Positions 39,168 to 50,379 are shown, numbered from the stretch's first letter. The stretch is 64,000 bases of DNA from an uncultured delta proteobacterium (GCA_963782055.1 CAWAIF010000003.1:64001-128000); one strand, 5' to 3'. Notes: generated by a model not told the origin, from the letters alone. Translations and numbers: made by a program.

Positions 39168-42100
39168 CCTCCTCCGGAGGACCCGCGTCCGACGCGCCCG
39201 CGGCGTTCTGCCGCTCCTGCAGCGCGAGCACCTGCCGGATGCACCGGATGGGCACCGACAGCCAGTCCGGTCGACTCTCCAGCTCCTGACCCAGCTCGGT
39301 GAGCGCGGCCTCCAGCAAGAAGACGTCAAGCAGCGTGCGAAGCTCCTGGCGGTCCGCCGGCACGAACAGCGCGCGGTGCGAGGCGTCCAGGTAATAGCTG
39401 AGAAACGCCGCCGACGCGAAGGCGCGCCACACCTCTGCCCACGGCTCCAGGATGGCGACCTCGCGCTCGCCGAAGATGCCGCGCTCCGTCTGCGCGCGCA
39501 GCACGCTCTCGGCCGCGTAGTCGAAGGAGCGCAGCATTCCGGCGACGTCACGCAGGGGGGAGCGCTTGCGGCGCCGCTCGCTCAGCGGCCGCGCCGGGTC
39601 GCCCTCGAAGCCGACGAAGAGGAAGTCCTTGCCCGTGTAGAGCACGTGGCCGAGCCGCAGGTCGCCGTGGCAGCGCGTGCGCACCGCGGTGACGCGCCGG
39701 TCGAGGAACGCCCCGAACGTTCGCACGATGCGCGCCTCCTCCGGCAGCACCGCCTCCGCCTCGGTGCGCACGCCCGCCGGCAGCCCCGCCACGCGCCCGC
39801 GCAGCGCGCGGAACACCTGGGCGGCGTGGCTGCGCATCGACTGGTAGGTCGCGCGCTGGTGGAGCGAGGAGTACGGCTCCGGGGCGAAGTCGGGGTCGCG
39901 CACCTCCGAGGCCAGCGCCACGTGCAGCTCGGCGGTGCGCCGGCCGAGGAGCCGAGCCGCCGCCAGGTAGGAGCCGAACAGGTCGCTCACCTCGCGCTCC
40001 GGCGGCCTGCGCACCAGCTCGAGCAGCGGCATGTCGACGTCCGGCCGGGCCACCGACTTGTTCGTCAGCACGCGCTCGAAGAAGAAACGGATCTCCTCCT
40101 GCGTGTAGCGCCAGCCGTCGGTGCGGTGCGGGGCGTAGGCGTGCAGCACGCCGAGCGCCAGCGGCGCCTTGGGCTCCGAGCGGTACTCCAGGTGACCGAA
40201 GAGGCGTGACGCGCCGGAGAACTCCCGCAGCGTCAGCACCCGGCCGATCTCCACCGCCGGGCTCGGCCCGTCGTCCAGCTTGCGGAAGAGCTCCAGCGAC
40301 AGCCGCTCCCCGTAGACGATGGACGTCATCGCCGGTCCGGCGTGCGTGGCGCGCGGCTCCACGTCCCCGCGGTGCACCTCCGGGTCCGCCAGGAGCGTCG
40401 CCGCCGTCTCCCCCGCCCTGCCGCGCACCTTGCGCCGGCGGTCGAACAGGCCGAGCGCGTGCGCCGCGAAGTCCGGGTCGACGCTGGCGTCGACGATGGA
40501 GCCGTGCGTGTGCACGCCCTTGTCGTTCAACGTCAGCTCGGCGATCACCGCGCTCGGCTCGCTCGACTGGATCTGCCGCGCGCGCTCCCCTGTGAGGAAG
40601 GAGAGCGGCAACAGGTACGTCTCCGACTCACCCTCCGCGTACTGCACCTCCAGCAGGCCCAGCCACACGCGCGTGTCGCCGTTGAGGGGGAGCTCGTCGA
40701 CGAAGTGCGCGCGCGCCACGCTGCGGCCCTTCCCCAAGAACCACTTGCACCGCGAGAGGTATGCCGGAAGCGTGCGCTCGAGCGCCTCTTTCTGCTCGCC
40801 GCGCACGTAGCCCTCCCACGTGCCGCGCGCCTGGAGACGCGCCGGGTAGAAGCCGCTGGTGCCGGTGTGGCCCACCTCCTCCTCGCGCGACTCCAGCAAG
40901 AACCAGTAGAAGTCGTGCGGGCCGAACATCACGCGGTACGGCCCCTCCTCGATGCGCGGGAAGCGCGTGTGCGAGAAGAGCTCGCGCGGCTCCGCCCCCT
41001 TGAAGGCGGACAGGTCCAGGTCGGCGTACTGCGCCAGGCGCGACAGGTTCGCGACCACCAGGATGCGCTCGTTCTCGTGGCGGCGCACGAAGGCGAGCAC
41101 CTTGTGGTTGGGCGTGCTCACCCACTCCAGCGACCCCCGGCCGAACGCCTTGTAGCGCTTGCGAAGGGCGATGATGCGGCGCATCCACCAGAGCAGCGAG
41201 TTGCGGCTCTGCTCCTGCGCCTCCACGTTCGTCGTCTCGAAGTGGTACGGCGGGTCGGTGACCACCGGCAGGATGAGGCGCTGCGGGTTGGCGCGGGAGA
41301 AGCCGGCGTTGCGGTCGGCCGACCACTGCATCGGCGTGCGCACGCCGTCGCGGTCGCCCAGGTAGACGTTGTCCCCCATGCCGATCTCGTCGCCGTAGTA
41401 GACGACGGGCGTGCCCGGCAGGGAGAAGAGCAGGCCGTTGAGCAGCTCGATGGTGCGGCGGTTGCTCCCGAGCAGCGGCGCCAGGCGCCGGCGGATGCCC
41501 AGGTTCAGGCGCATGCGGTGGTCGCGCGCGTAGGCGCGGTACATGTACTCGCGCTCGTCGTCGGAGACCATCTCCAGGGTGAGCTCGTCGTGGTTGCGCA
41601 GGAAGAGCGCCCACTGCGAGGCGTCGGGCAGCACCGGCGTCTGCTCCAGGATGTCGGTGATGGGGAGGCGGTCCTCCATGTGCACCGCCATGAACATGCG
41701 AGGCATGATCGGGAAGTGGAACGCCATGTGGCACTCCTCCTTCTCGATGTACGTGACGGCGTCCTCCGGCCACTGGTTGGCCTCCGCCACGAGCATGCGG
41801 TCCTCGTAGCGGGAGTCGATGTGGCGGCGCAGCTTCTTGAGGAAGGCGTGCGTCTCGGGCAGGTTCTCGCAGCTCGTCCCCTCGCGCTGGTACAGGTACG
41901 GGATGGCGTCGAGGCGCAGGCCGTCGACGCCGAGCTCGAGCCAGAAGTCGAGCACCTTGAGCATCGCCTTGTGGACGGCCGGGTTGTCGTAGTTCAGGTC
42001 CGGTTGGTACTGGTAGAAGCGGTGCCAGTAGTATGCCTTGGCGACCGGGTCCCACGTCCAGTTGGAGGGCTCGAAGTCCTGGAAGATGATGCGCGCGTCG

Positions 42101-42537
42101 GTGTAGCGCTCGGTCGTGTCGCTCCAGACGTAGAACTCGCGCTCCGGACTGCCGGGCGGGGCGCGCCGCGCGCGCTGGAACCAGGGGTGCTGATCGGAGG
42201 TGTGGTTGAGCACCAGCTCGGTGACCACGCGGAAGCCGCGGGCGTGCGCCTCCTTGAGGAACGCCTTGAAGTCGGCGAGGGTGCCGCAGTCCTTGCGGAC
42301 GCTGGTGTAGTCGGCGATGTCGTAGCCGTCGTCGCGTAGCGGCGAGGGGTAGAAGGGCAGCAGCCAGAGGACGGTGACGCCGAGGCCCTCCAGGTAGTCC
42401 AGCTTCTTCGTGAGGCCGGCGAAGTCGCCGATGCCGTCGTCGTTGCCGTCGAAGAAGGAGCGGACGCGCAGCTCGTAGAAGATGGCGTCCTTGTACCAGG
42501 TGGGGTTCCGCTCGGTCGCCGCCGCAGTGCGCTTCAT
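39160..42537 (-). CDS. treS: Trehalose synthase-maltokinase fusion (TreS-Mak)
   Basis: [38 protein letters not shown], then a kinase-like C-terminal domain ([20 protein letters not shown]). Confidence 0.93.
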   Translation of the reverse strand: MKRTAAATERNPTWYKDAIFYELRVRSFFDGNDDGIGDFAGLTKKLDYLEGLGVTVLWLLPFYPSPLRDDGYDIADYTSVRKDCGTLADFKAFLKEAHARGFRVVTELVLNHTSDQHPWFQRARRAPPGSPEREFYVWSDTTERYTDARIIFQDFEPSNWTWDPVAKAYYWHRFYQYQPDLNYDNPAVHKAMLKVLDFWLELGVDGLRLDAIPYLYQREGTSCENLPETHAFLKKLRRHIDSRYEDRMLVAEANQWPEDAVTYIEKEECHMAFHFPIMPRMFMAVHMEDRLPITDILEQTPVLPDASQWALFLRNHDELTLEMVSDDEREYMYRAYARDHRMRLNLGIRRRLAPLLGSNRRTIELLNGLLFSLPGTPVVYYGDEIGMGDNVYLGDRDGVRTPMQWSADRNAGFSRANPQRLILPVVTDPPYHFETTNVEAQEQSRNSLLWWMRRIIALRKRYKAFGRGSLEWVSTPNHKVLAFVRRHENERILVVANLSRLAQYADLDLSAFKGAEPRELFSHTRFPRIEEGPYRVMFGPHDFYWFLLESREEEVGHTGTSGFYPARLQARGTWEGYVRGEQKEALERTLPAYLSRCKWFLGKGRSVARAHFVDELPLNGDTRVWLGLLEVQYAEGESETYLLPLSFLTGERARQIQSSEPSAVIAELTLNDKGVHTHGSIVDASVDPDFAAHALGLFDRRRKVRGRAGETAATLLADPEVHRGDVEPRATHAGPAMTSIVYGERLSLELFRKLDDGPSPAVEIGRVLTLREFSGASRLFGHLEYRSEPKAPLALGVLHAYAPHRTDGWRYTQEEIRFFFERVLTNKSVARPDVDMPLLELVRRPPEREVSDLFGSYLAAARLLGRRTAELHVALASEVRDPDFAPEPYSSLHQRATYQSMRSHAAQVFRALRGRVAGLPAGVRTEAEAVLPEEARIVRTFGAFLDRRVTAVRTRCHGDLRLGHVLYTGKDFLFVGFEGDPARPLSERRRKRSPLRDVAGMLRSFDYAAESVLRAQTERGIFGEREVAILEPWAEVWRAFASAAFLSYYLDASHRALFVPADRQELRTLLDVFLLEAALTELGQELESRPDWLSVPIRCIRQVLALQERQNAAGASDAGPPEEDG

Positions 42538-42703
42538 CGACTCTCCAGTCGTGGCGTTTCCCCTCCGGTTCGTGGCTGCCGATCACACTAGACTGTGATG
42601 GGGGACGGTCAAGGGGAGAGGCGAGGCGAGCGATCGATGTGCGCATGATCCCTGGCTCCCCCCGTTGCCCGTGGGGCGCGTGGGCGCTACCGTCAGGGTC
42701 GCC

Positions 42704-42949
42704 ATGTCCGACGAAGACCTGAAGGCCGAGCTCGACCGCCTGCGCGCGGAGAACGAGCGTCTGAAGCAGAAGAGCAGCCGCGCCACCTCCCTCAAGGTGT
42801 CCGACAAGGGCGGCGTGTCCGTCTACGGCCTCGGTCGCTTCCCCGTCACCCTCTACAAGGAGCAGTGGTCCAGGCTGCTCGACATGGCCGACGAGATCCG
42901 CGCGTTCATCAAGGAGAACGAGGCGAAGCTCAAGACGAAAGGCGAGTAG
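42704..42949 (+). CDS. Conserved small hypothetical protein (coiled coil plus KVS.KGGVSVYGLGRFPVTLY motif)
   Basis: Strong GC3-biased codon usage and a recognisable conserved motif; function unknown. Confidence 0.8.
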   Translation: MSDEDLKAELDRLRAENERLKQKSSRATSLKVSDKGGVSVYGLGRFPVTLYKEQWSRLLDMADEIRAFIKENEAKLKTKGE

Positions 42950-42993
42950 CAAGCGGTCTGCCGCGCCGCGGGCCGTTCGGCTATGCTCGCATC

Positions 42994-43440
42994 ATGAGAC
43001 GACACTCCCTCTCTCTGGCCCTCGCGGGCTCGCTCCTCCTGGCGGTGGGCTGCGGCAAGGAGGTGGGGCGCATTCCCCTCGCGGGGGAGGGGGACGGCGA
43101 CACGGCCGTCACCCTGAAGTCGGGGCAGCACCTCGCGCTCTGGACGCACCTCGACGTCTCGTGGGACGGGCCGTTCGCGGCGCACTACGACGTCGAGCTG
43201 CGCGACGCGTCGTCCAAGGCGGTCGCCACCGCGACGTGCAACCCGCTCGACGTCGGCACCAAGATCGGCAGCGTGGAGACCACCCTGGGGAGTCACCACT
43301 CCAAGAGCTACAACGGCAAGATGCGCTGCGAGCTGGTCGCCCCGGCGGCGGGCAAGTACACGGTGCACACCGCGCTCCACTACGACACCAAGCCCAGGAC
43401 GCTCACGGTCAAGGACGCCAGTCTGGTGCTGAAGCTCTGA
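42994..43440 (+). CDS. Hypothetical lipoprotein
   Basis: LLAVGC lipobox; beta-rich body with two further Cys. Confidence 0.7.
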   Translation: MRRHSLSLALAGSLLLAVGCGKEVGRIPLAGEGDGDTAVTLKSGQHLALWTHLDVSWDGPFAAHYDVELRDASSKAVATATCNPLDVGTKIGSVETTLGSHHSKSYNGKMRCELVAPAAGKYTVHTALHYDTKPRTLTVKDASLVLKL

Positions 43441-43480
43441 GCCGGCCGCTGCGGCGGGGGAGGTGGCGCGGGCGTCGGCG

Positions 43481-44341
43481 TCACCGCGCCTTGCACGTCG
43501 CGACGCCGTCGCGGACGCCGAAGGCGAGCACGCAGCGGTGGAGCACGTCGAGGCCCACCACGCCGTCGTACTTGCATGCGGCGGATGGGGAAACATGGTC
43601 GCTCGAGAGGTAGACCTTGCCGCCGCCGCGAAGGTCGCCCTTCCCGTCGCGCGAGGGAAGCACGAAGCCCACGTCTACCCTCTCGCCGGCCACCCCGGGC
43701 ACCACGTCGGCGACGCGCTCGGCGAAGAGGGCGCTGTTCGCTCGTCCGGTGTCCACCTTCAGCGCGAACGGCTCGCCCTCGATGAGGACGCGCATGCGGT
43801 AGCTGCGCGACGGGAAGGCGGCCGTGGGGGTGCACGCGTCCAGGCCGAGGGTGACGCCGGCGCCCAGCCGGGAGGCGAGATCGCCAGCCGACACCGTCGT
43901 CATGGTGCGCCGCGACACGTCGACGACGACGTCCTCCCCGTCCCGCGCAAGGAGCTGAGGCGAGAGGATGCCGGCGATCCCGTTCGCCTCGACGCCCATG
44001 CGCGGAGGAAGATCGATCGACAGCATGCTGTGCTGCGGCACCCTCCACCCACCGTCGAGCACGGTGTCCACGCCGTCGACGACCGGCACCGCGTCGCCGT
44101 CGAGCACCAGATCGTGCGGCGTCATCCCGAGCGAGCGCGCGAAGGTCCGGGTCACGACGTGCGTGTCCGCCCCGGAGTCCACCGCGAACAGCGCGTCGTG
44201 GTCGTTGACGCGGACGTGGACGAGGGGGATGTCCATCGTCCCGGTAGGCGCGTCGAAGACCAGCGGCGTGGAGGGTGGACGCGCCGACCCCGCGCAGGCC
44301 GCCAGCGAGAGGAGCGCGAGCGCGGGAAGGGACGACTTCAT
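43481..44341 (-). CDS. Lipoprotein with two retropepsin-like aspartic protease domains
   Basis: LAAC lipobox; FAVDSGADTH and LKVDTG motifs, GILSPQLL, DGVVGLDVL; resembles 17564-18535. Confidence 0.7.
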   Translation of the reverse strand: MKSSLPALALLSLAACAGSARPPSTPLVFDAPTGTMDIPLVHVRVNDHDALFAVDSGADTHVVTRTFARSLGMTPHDLVLDGDAVPVVDGVDTVLDGGWRVPQHSMLSIDLPPRMGVEANGIAGILSPQLLARDGEDVVVDVSRRTMTTVSAGDLASRLGAGVTLGLDACTPTAAFPSRSYRMRVLIEGEPFALKVDTGRANSALFAERVADVVPGVAGERVDVGFVLPSRDGKGDLRGGGKVYLSSDHVSPSAACKYDGVVGLDVLHRCVLAFGVRDGVATCKAR

Positions 44342-44449
44342 ACGGCATGCTACGTCGCCGGGCGCGCGAGGCTTCCCGCGCGCGGGCAGCTTCAGGCCGG
44401 CGTGGCGTGGCGCGTCGGTTGGGGCGCGCGACGCCCGCCGCGTCGCGCT

Positions 44450-46986
44450 GCCCGGCACGCCGAGCGATCTGCTCTCCGAGCGCTACGCCGCGCGCTGGTA
44501 CACCCAGACCGCCACCTTCGACGGCGCCGATCGGCCCACCTCCCAGTCCACCGGCGCCCAGGTCGCCGAGCTCCTCGGCCAGAACCAGCAGAGCTTCGTC
44601 ACGACCGACTACACCAAGCGCGGCACGGTGAAACATGTCGGCTCCTCGTACGGCGATCTCGTCGCGCACGTCTACCACGACGCCGACGGTCTGCCGTACC
44701 AGGTCGAGTACGCCGACCTCGCGCACACCACGACCGACTTCGGCCACGACGATCGCCGCCGCCTTCGCACCGTGCAGACCTACCGCGGCCCACCCGCGGA
44801 GTGGACCAGCCCGCCCGTCAACTACAGCCCGCCTCCCCAGTACGGCCAGCAGACCCCCACCGACTTCCAGCTCATCCTCGAGGACGCCGAGTTCACCTAC
44901 GACGAGGTCGACAACCCCACCGAGATCCACGACTGGCGCACGCCGAGCAACTGGCCAGCGGGTGCCAAGCCCGTCACCCGCAAGGCCCAGTACGACGATC
45001 TCTATCGCCTGACGAAGATCGACTACCAGTACAGCGGCGGCGACGACACCTGGACCGACCCCTTCTACAACGAGGACCAGGGCCAGTACCCCGACTCCCG
45101 CCAGGCCAGGCCGAGCCCCCACGTCTCCTTCGACAAGCGCGTCCTGTCGCAGACCTACCAGTACGACTGGCTCGGCAACATCACCCAGTCCGGCGACGAC
45201 GCCCGCGGCTTCTACGACCGCTCCCTCGGCACCCAGACCCACGACGGCGCCAAGCCCTACCAGCTCCAGTCCGCGACGGGCGCGGTCTCGACCCGCGACG
45301 GCGCGCTCACCCTCGCCTACGACGACGCCGGCGACCTGACGAGCATGGCCCTGCTCCGCAACGGCCCGTGCATCGGCGGCGTGTGCTCCCAGCGCTTCGT
45401 CTACGACTGGGACGAGGTCGGCCGCCTCGCGAGGGCCCGCCGCTGGGACCAGCAGAATCCAGGCCTCGCGACCGACCCCGTCCCGCAAGCGACCCCCGAC
45501 GTCGACCTCCGGTACGCCTACGACGCGGGCGATCAGCGCGTCATCAAGACCGCCGTTGATTCCAACCAGACCGAGGTCCACACTCTCTACGTCTTCGCGT
45601 CGCTCGAGCTGCGGCGCACGTACCTTGAAAACGGAGACTACGCCGACACCCGGGACACCGAGGTCGCCTACCTCTTCGCGCACGGCGTCCGCCTCGCGCG
45701 CCTCCACTACGCCGAGGACAGCCTCCCCAGCCTGACCAGCGGGCACCTCCACGTCCTGCTGGAGCTCCCCGACCACCTCGGGTCGTCGGCGATCGTGATC
45801 GACAGGGAGACCAGCGAGCTGGTGGAGCGCAGCACGTACCAGGCGTACGGCGGCGCGGACAGCGACTACCGGCCGGGGAGGTGGGAGGGGTTCCGGGAGG
45901 ACTACCGGTTCACGGGGAAGGAGGAGGACGCGGAGGCTGGGATTGACTACTTCGGCATGAGGTATCTCAGTCCTGCGCTGGGGAGGTGGCTGAGCCCGGA
46001 CCCGCCCGGACCCGCTGGCGGTGCATGGGCTGGGGGCGGACCCGAACCTGTATGCGTACGTGCACAGTGGGGTGCTGAGGGCGACGGACCCACTGGGACT
46101 TAGGACGGATGACATCAGCCTTGGCGCACAGGCTGATTCTAAGGAGGCAGCCGCACGAGAAGCGGAAGGCGTTCAAGAGCCATATCAAACAAAGACGGCG
46201 GCTGGAGCGGTAGCTGAGGCGCTTCTGGACGTCAAGGCCGGCAACACCAGGGCGGCCAGCCACGACATCGCGCGGGGCGGCATTGCGATGCTGGGGCCTG
46301 CGCTGGGTACGATCCCACTGACCAAGTCGGCCCTGGCCGGCACTGCGGTGGGGCTCAAGCACCGGTCGCTTACTGCGGCAGAGGATGCAGCATGGCACGA
46401 GCAGCTCCGAGAACTCGCGCTGGGTGCACCGTCCGTCCCGCTGTTGTCCGCGAGCGCCGAGGCGATGGACAGCGCCAGCGTGGCCATTAGCGCCAAGGAT
46501 CCAAGGACTCGTGCGGGCGCAGTCACCGACGCGGTCGTTCTCTTCGTTGCCGCCATCACCCAGGTCGTCGCGTTTGCCGCTGGATCCAAGGCCGGGGCAG
46601 TGGAGGCGTCCGAGGCCGATCTCGAGGGGGCCGCTGCTCCACAGCTGCCACCCTTCAAAAAGGGCGGCAAGACCGCCGGCGTGCTACGGACTGCGAGCGG
46701 AGACACGTCGCTCATCAGTGGCTACAAAGGGCCTTCGGCCAGCATGCCACGAGGAACGCCGGGTATGAACTACAATATCAAGTCCCACGTGGAGGCACAC
46801 GCCGCCGCGTTGATGCGCGAGCAGGGGATTCAAGAGGGTATGTTGTTCATCAACAATGAGCCTTGCAAAGGGGTGACAGGGTGTGCAGCAATGCTGCCAA
46901 GGATGCTTCCAGAGGGCGCACGGCTCCGGGTCGTGGGCCCCAACGGCTACCATAAGACGTTTGTGGGCATACCGGACAAGCAATGA
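44450..46986 (+). pseudogene. 5'-truncated, frameshifted RHS toxin with DddA/SCP1.201-like deaminase C-terminus
   Basis: YD repeats, DHLGS, YRFTGKEED, YFG.RY, GRWLSPDP, NLYAYV and DPLGL motifs, then HVEAHAA..MR..GI.EG.LFINN.PC.....C. A 10-bp duplication at 45994-46015 shifts the frame. No credible start codon; left boundary approximate. Confidence 0.88.
45546..46090 (+). repeat. RHS core-end repeat, copy 1 (copy 2 at 47656-48191)
   Basis: About 540 bp near-identical, from AAGACCGCCGTTGATTCC to the DPxG codons; sequences diverge abruptly afterwards. Confidence 0.95.
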
Positions 46987-47369
46987 AGATTCTCGTGGGC
47001 TGGGACGATCAGGAGGCGCGCGTCGGCGGCGTGCAGGAACTTGACGACCTCCTTGACCGCCTGCAGCGTGAATTCGCGGCGGATTTGCCCCATTTGGTGA
47101 CTGTGGAACTCGAAGCTGGCGACAGTCTTGCCATTGGGCTTGGGCTGCCATGGAGCGTACTGAGCTTTGTGGCCGCAAGTAGAGAGCCGCCGTACTACGT
47201 AAGCGTAGGCGACGGGGGTTTCGGTCAGGACATCGGCTTCGTCTTCGGCGGTGAGTTGTCGGAGTATCCTTCACGCAATGTGATACCGTTGTCGGTGGCG
47301 CGCACAGCCCTTAGACAGTTTTGTCTTACCGGTTCGCTACCCGCAACAGTAAGCTGGGAGGACGCGTAG
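46983..47369 (+). CDS. Imm1/DddI-family immunity protein
   Basis: ATGA overlap with the deaminase stop; L.IGLG, PPYY.S.G, F..GG..SEYP..IP...AR.A..F..TG..P..V.WE pattern. Confidence 0.85.
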   Translation: MKILVGWDDQEARVGGVQELDDLLDRLQREFAADLPHLVTVELEAGDSLAIGLGLPWSVLSFVAASREPPYYVSVGDGGFGQDIGFVFGGELSEYPSRNVIPLSVARTALRQFCLTGSLPATVSWEDA

Positions 47370-47466
47370 TAGGCCGTTTCGAATCGAGGCGCCGTACGGA
47401 TCTCCCCGGATCTCCCTCCGGCACGTCGTGCTACGAGAAGCGTCACGAGCGGGGCCTTGCCGCGCG

Positions 47467-47673
47467 CGCCGCCCCGTCTCGGCGCGGCCACCCCATCCTC
47501 CCCGCATGGCGCGCGGAGCGCGACATCGAGGGGAGGAAGCTCGCGCGCAGGGCCCACGCGCAAGCGCCCGTGCGGGCCGCCGCCCGTGATCTCGCCCCCA
47601 TCGCCGGTCCGCGCGGGCGCGAGCATGGGCCCGAGCACGAGCTGGAGGGGCTCCAAAGACCGCCGTTGATTCC
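47467..47673 (+). repeat. About 205-bp repeat, copy A (copy B at 50966-51171)
   Basis: Near-identical stretch ending in the first 18 nt of the RHS core repeat. Confidence 0.9.
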
Positions 47674-49168
47674 ACCCAGACCGAGGTCCACACTCTCTAC
47701 GTCTTCGCGTCGCTCGAGCTGCGGCGCACGTACCTTGAAAACGGAGACTACGCCGACACCCGGGACACCGAGGTCGCCTACCTCTTCGCGCACGGAGTCC
47801 GCCTCGCGCACCTCCACTACGCCGAGGACAGCCTCCCCAGCCTGACCAGCGGGCACCTCCACGTCCTGCTGGAGCTCCCCGACCACCTCGGGTCGTCGGC
47901 AATCGTGATCGACAGGGAGACCAGCGAGCTGGTCGAGCGCAGCACGTACCAGGCGTACGGCGGCGCGGACAGCGACTACCGGCCAGGGAGGTGGGAGGCG
48001 TTCCGGGAGGACTACCGGTTCACGGGGAAGGAGGAGGACGCGGAGGCGGGGATTGATTACTTCGGGAAGAGGTATCTCAGTTCCGCGCTGGGGAGGTGGC
48101 TGAGCCCGGACCCGCTGGCGGTGCACGGGCTCGGGGGCGGACCCGAACCTGTACGCGTACGTGCACGGGGGAGTGCTGAGGGCGACCGACCCCGCCGGCT
48201 TGGACGACGGAGATCCCCTCGCGTCGAAGCAGGAGCCGACGACCGGCGCGATGGTAACGGACACCAGCGAGTCCACGTTCAGCGCGGGGAATCCGGATGT
48301 TCCTGCAAACCTGCAGAACGACGACGGGTTCAACAGGACGATAGAGTTCTCGACGGATTACTGCACCGCCCAGGGAACCCCTCGCCCTGCGATTCCTGGC
48401 AACGCGGCGCCGCCGACCAGGACACAGCCACACGACGCACCGGTCCGTCTAGCGACCGAACAAGAGCAGTTCGAGGCGGCGAAGATCGGGATGTGGAACG
48501 GCGTCGTCGATCTCGCGACCGCCTTGACCGCCGGAACGAATCCGAAGCTCGCCGAAATTGCCGACGGGATGATCGGGCCGCTTCGTCTGCCGCCGCCGAG
48601 ACTCACGGGCAATGCGCTCCACGACTACGAACTCCAGGGGAGCTACAAGGGCGGCGGCTATTTCACGCTGACGGTATCGATGGCCCTGCCCATGGCGGGC
48701 GAGGGCGAGGGCTTTGGCGTCCTCAGCTCGGAAGGCAGCGGACTGTTCGGGGTCGAGGAGGCCGCCGCTGGCGCTGGAACGGCGGCTGGCGGTGCCGCGA
48801 GTGGCACGGCCGCAGAGGGCGCAGAGGCCTCGCTGGTCGCGAGGGCCGAGCAGATCCATGGTGCGCTTGACACAACCGCACAGGGGATGCGAACGACGGC
48901 CGTGCTCGACACATCTGCGGGACGAGTGGTTGCGAGCGGCGGCAGGGACCTGACGCCTGGACAGCGGGCGTTGTTGCAGGCGGGCGAGATGTACAACGTC
49001 GCGCCCGGCGTCCATGCGGAGGTCACGGCGATCACGGGAGCAAGGCAGATCGGGGCGCAGTTGCGCGCCATTGGAACGACCCGCGACTTCTGCCCCTTCT
49101 GCATCGACTACATCGAGCAGAGCGGTGGGATGATTACGGGCCCGCGCACGGCCGTCTGGCCTCAGTAG
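47656..49168 (+). pseudogene. Orphan RHS module with a second deaminase-like toxin C-terminus
   Basis: RHS core end without a start codon; one extra base at 48132-48137; DPAGL motif; C-terminal GVHAEVTA...RDFCPFC Zn-deaminase motif. Confidence 0.85.
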
Positions 49169-49174
49169 GTGGAG

Positions 49175-49807
49175 ATGAACGTGGTGACCCTTCGCTTCGA
49201 TGAACCGGCGCTTCGACGGCAGCTTGATCGCCTCCCTCGGGAGCAGCGTGCCGCCTTCGCGGCGGCATGCGCGGAGCGGCTTTTCTCGGCCTACCTGCGC
49301 TTCTCGCACGAGGCTAGGACTGCCGACCCCAAGACGCTGCGGGCAGCGCTGGATGCTCTGTGGGACGACCTTACGGGCAAGCCGCTGTCGGAGCTGGAGC
49401 TTCGAGCGACAGTGAAGAAGTGCCGAGCGCTCGTGCCGAGCGAGAAAGACGAACCGTCCGACCAACAATTCTGCGCAGAGGACGCGGTTGTTGCGCTCGT
49501 CTATGCGCTTGAGGCGAGGATGAAGCACAGCAGCCAAGAAGCTGCGTGGTGTGCACGGCACGCCTACGAGGCGCTCGATCACTTCATCATGTTTGACGAC
49601 TCGGGCGTGGTTGTAACGGCGAACGAGCAGCGCTTGTTGGAACACCCTCTGGTGCAAGCCGAGCTGGCTAGGCAGAAGCGGGATCTAGACCAGCTGCAAG
49701 CCGCCGAGGGTCAAGACGTACGAGACGTAGCCGCTCGGCTTCGAGATCGCGCGAAGGAGGATGCGGGGATCGTCTTCGGGGGCAACGACAGCAGCGGGTC
49801 GAGCTGA
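49175..49807 (+). CDS. DUF416/YjaG-like helical protein, putative immunity
   Basis: L...QR.AFAAACAERL...Y..F...LR.ALD.LW and P....E...Q..DL motifs; directly follows the toxin stop. Alternative start GTG 49169. Confidence 0.7.
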   Translation: MNVVTLRFDEPALRRQLDRLPREQRAAFAAACAERLFSAYLRFSHEARTADPKTLRAALDALWDDLTGKPLSELELRATVKKCRALVPSEKDEPSDQQFCAEDAVVALVYALEARMKHSSQEAAWCARHAYEALDHFIMFDDSGVVVTANEQRLLEHPLVQAELARQKRDLDQLQAAEGQDVRDVAARLRDRAKEDAGIVFGGNDSSGSS

Positions 49808-49996
49808 TCGAGGTCGGCCCGCAGCACCCAGCACCCCCAGCACCACCATCGAGACCCATCGAGACTCGCTGAGACCACGCGGTGAGGTCGCCTCGCTGGG
49901 AGCATGGGAAATCGTAGCGCGATCGAGCGAGAACGAAGACAGGATTCATCCGTTTCCGACATCGCGTGGAGACACGGGAGGAGGAGGTTTCGCTCA

Positions 49997-50295
49997 ATGG
50001 GGTCACTTGTTTTGAAAGACGTGCTGATGCATGCTGATGATTACGCGCCGGAGCTTATCGTATACGTTGCCGTTGCCTCCGAGATTTCTGGCCCGTCCGA
50101 AGTGGAGCTCACGGAGTGTGTCGGACCTGGGACTAGCGTGCCTGGCGGCAAGCAGTATCTGCTGAGTACTGGGGATATTCGTGCGTGCTAGATACGTGAT
50201 CAAAGTGGCGCAATGGCCGCATCCCAACCGCTGAGGAGCGAGCTGAATCCGTAATGTTCTATTCGAGGTATGATGGATACTTACCCGTGGACTGA
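49997..50295 (+). pseudogene. Small orphan immunity-like gene with frameshift and internal stop
   Basis: Strong GGAGGAGG RBS. MGSLVLKDVL..YLLSTGDIR continues in another frame as VLDT*SKWRNGRIPTAEERAESVMFYSRYDGYLPVD*. Visibly lower GC. Confidence 0.55.
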
Positions 50296-50379
50296 TGCGG
50301 TCGGTTTGCGCAACGTTGGCAGGTACGCACGCGGCAAGGAGCTTCTGGAAACTTTTCACGCACGATTCGTCCCAGCCGC

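Noticed and set aside
44342..44460. attL copy of tRNA-Ser at the left island border
   Set aside because: No tRNA-matching direct repeat found by eye, so the island's left boundary remains approximate.
50197..50199. In-frame TGA as selenocysteine or recoding
   Set aside because: The same gene also has a frameshift and lies in a decaying region; simple pseudogenisation explains it.
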